Positions 43,143 through 43,734 of a stretch of DNA of 43,734 nt are shown in pieces. The notes under the pieces were generated by a model. The model saw only the letters and a program-made list of their open reading frames with translations, made no database searches and was not told where the DNA came from. The stretch is from Blastocatellia bacterium. Lineage in GTDB: Bacteria > Acidobacteriota > Blastocatellia > UBA7656. The stretch is from the NCBI GenBank assembly GCA_023265195.1, contig JAHFUG010000008.1, positions 1 to 43,734 of the forward strand, in the 5' to 3' direction. The number at the start of each line of letters is the position of its first letter. The first letter of the stretch is position 1. A program made the position numbers and the translations under genes.

Positions 43143-43623
43143 CCTAATTACCTCCTAATGGGAGTTCCTTGCTCCCGGTCGTAGTTTGTAGGTGGGGAGA
43201 CAAACCAACTGGGGAGGCGATCGTCACCCGCTCGCGACCGAGCGGAGTACTTCGCCTAATATAATCTTTGTTTCGCCGTGAATCTTTTAAACAGACCCGC
43301 CTATTTTATATGATATGCATCACTATTAAAAAGTCTTTTGTGTTACATTTGTATTGCAATTGCGAATCTACTCCCCTCAGTCTCGAAGGTTCTCGGGATC
43401 ATGAGCAGCAACGTGAAATTCTGGTTAATAAGGCGCAGAGATCGCTGAGAAGAGCCGCAGAGGGTAAGCCCCCTCTGCGGTCTCTGCGGCTCTGCGGTGA
43501 ACTCCCTCGAAAAAGGGAACTTATTTTCTTACGCCTCCCTAGCTCAGTTCGCCGAGGGCTGCAGTTTCAGTATGGTTATCTTTTTGCGCCGGCTTGGTGG
43601 TCCCTTCTTTGCGCGGCGTCCGG

Positions 43624-43734
43624 CTACAAGCGGTCGCGCCAAAATTCGCCGAACAGTTCTTCGACCGGGATTTCGAGGGCGAGCGCGAGTTTCTGCCTGA
43701 TCTCGGGCGAGATTCGCTTTCGCAAGATGCAGTA
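43624..43734 (-). CDS. partial CDS, C-terminal end of an XRE-type HTH protein; the gene continues beyond the window
   Basis: Minus-strand translation from the window edge is YCILRKRISPEIRQKLALALEIPVEELFGEFWRDRL*. The ..isp....kLA.AL.i.veeLf pattern is typical of helix 4-5 of Cro/C1 HTH domains. A hairpin at 43453-43478 lies downstream. Confidence 0.4.
   Translation of the reverse strand, partial: YCILRKRISPEIRQKLALALEIPVEELFGEFWRDRL

Noticed and set aside
43497-43700. A 67-aa plus-strand ORF at the window end.
   Set aside because: It overlaps the minus-strand XRE-like C-terminal coding sequence, has an Arg-rich tail and has no RBS.

Overview
GC-rich bacterial chromosomal window, probably Acidobacteriota; the evidence is an ADOP-type duplicated FtsX permease, a YARHG-domain Ser/Thr kinase and a run of secreted peptidases. 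Layout: (1) 1-11 kb holds secreted peptidases (M14, M28/PSMA-like, S9A prolyl oligopeptidase, M24) plus small secreted hypotheticals. (2) 11-16.6 kb holds an AAA ATPase and a minus-strand pilT-recX-pilZ-kinase string. (3) 16.6-17.8 kb has no convincing gene but contains a 170-nt extended hairpin. (4) 17.8-34.2 kb is the stand-out, an apparently sigma-54-controlled peptide-modification (RiPP-like) locus. In order it carries a GAF/AAA+/Fis enhancer-binding protein, a well-spaced -24/-12 promoter, an ABC exporter, a B12-domain radical SAM, a SPASM radical SAM and a second B12-domain radical SAM. It continues with a 49-aa ORF below the ORF-track length cutoff that has a strong RBS and flanking hairpins, an ADOP permease, a second SPASM radical SAM and tldD-pmbA. 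The two B12-domain genes share a 1,221-bp nucleotide-identical core but have divergent termini. (5) 34.2-43.7 kb holds a frameshifted carrier-protein (PCP) relic, a low-complexity membrane protein, tandem 52-nt structured repeats and an orphan selA. It also holds a 10-Cys secreted mini-protein behind a long structured leader, a PQQ dehydrogenase, a secreted hypothetical and a partial XRE-like gene. No rRNA, tRNA, CRISPR array or transposase was found. All family calls rest on motifs read by eye, because no database search was possible.
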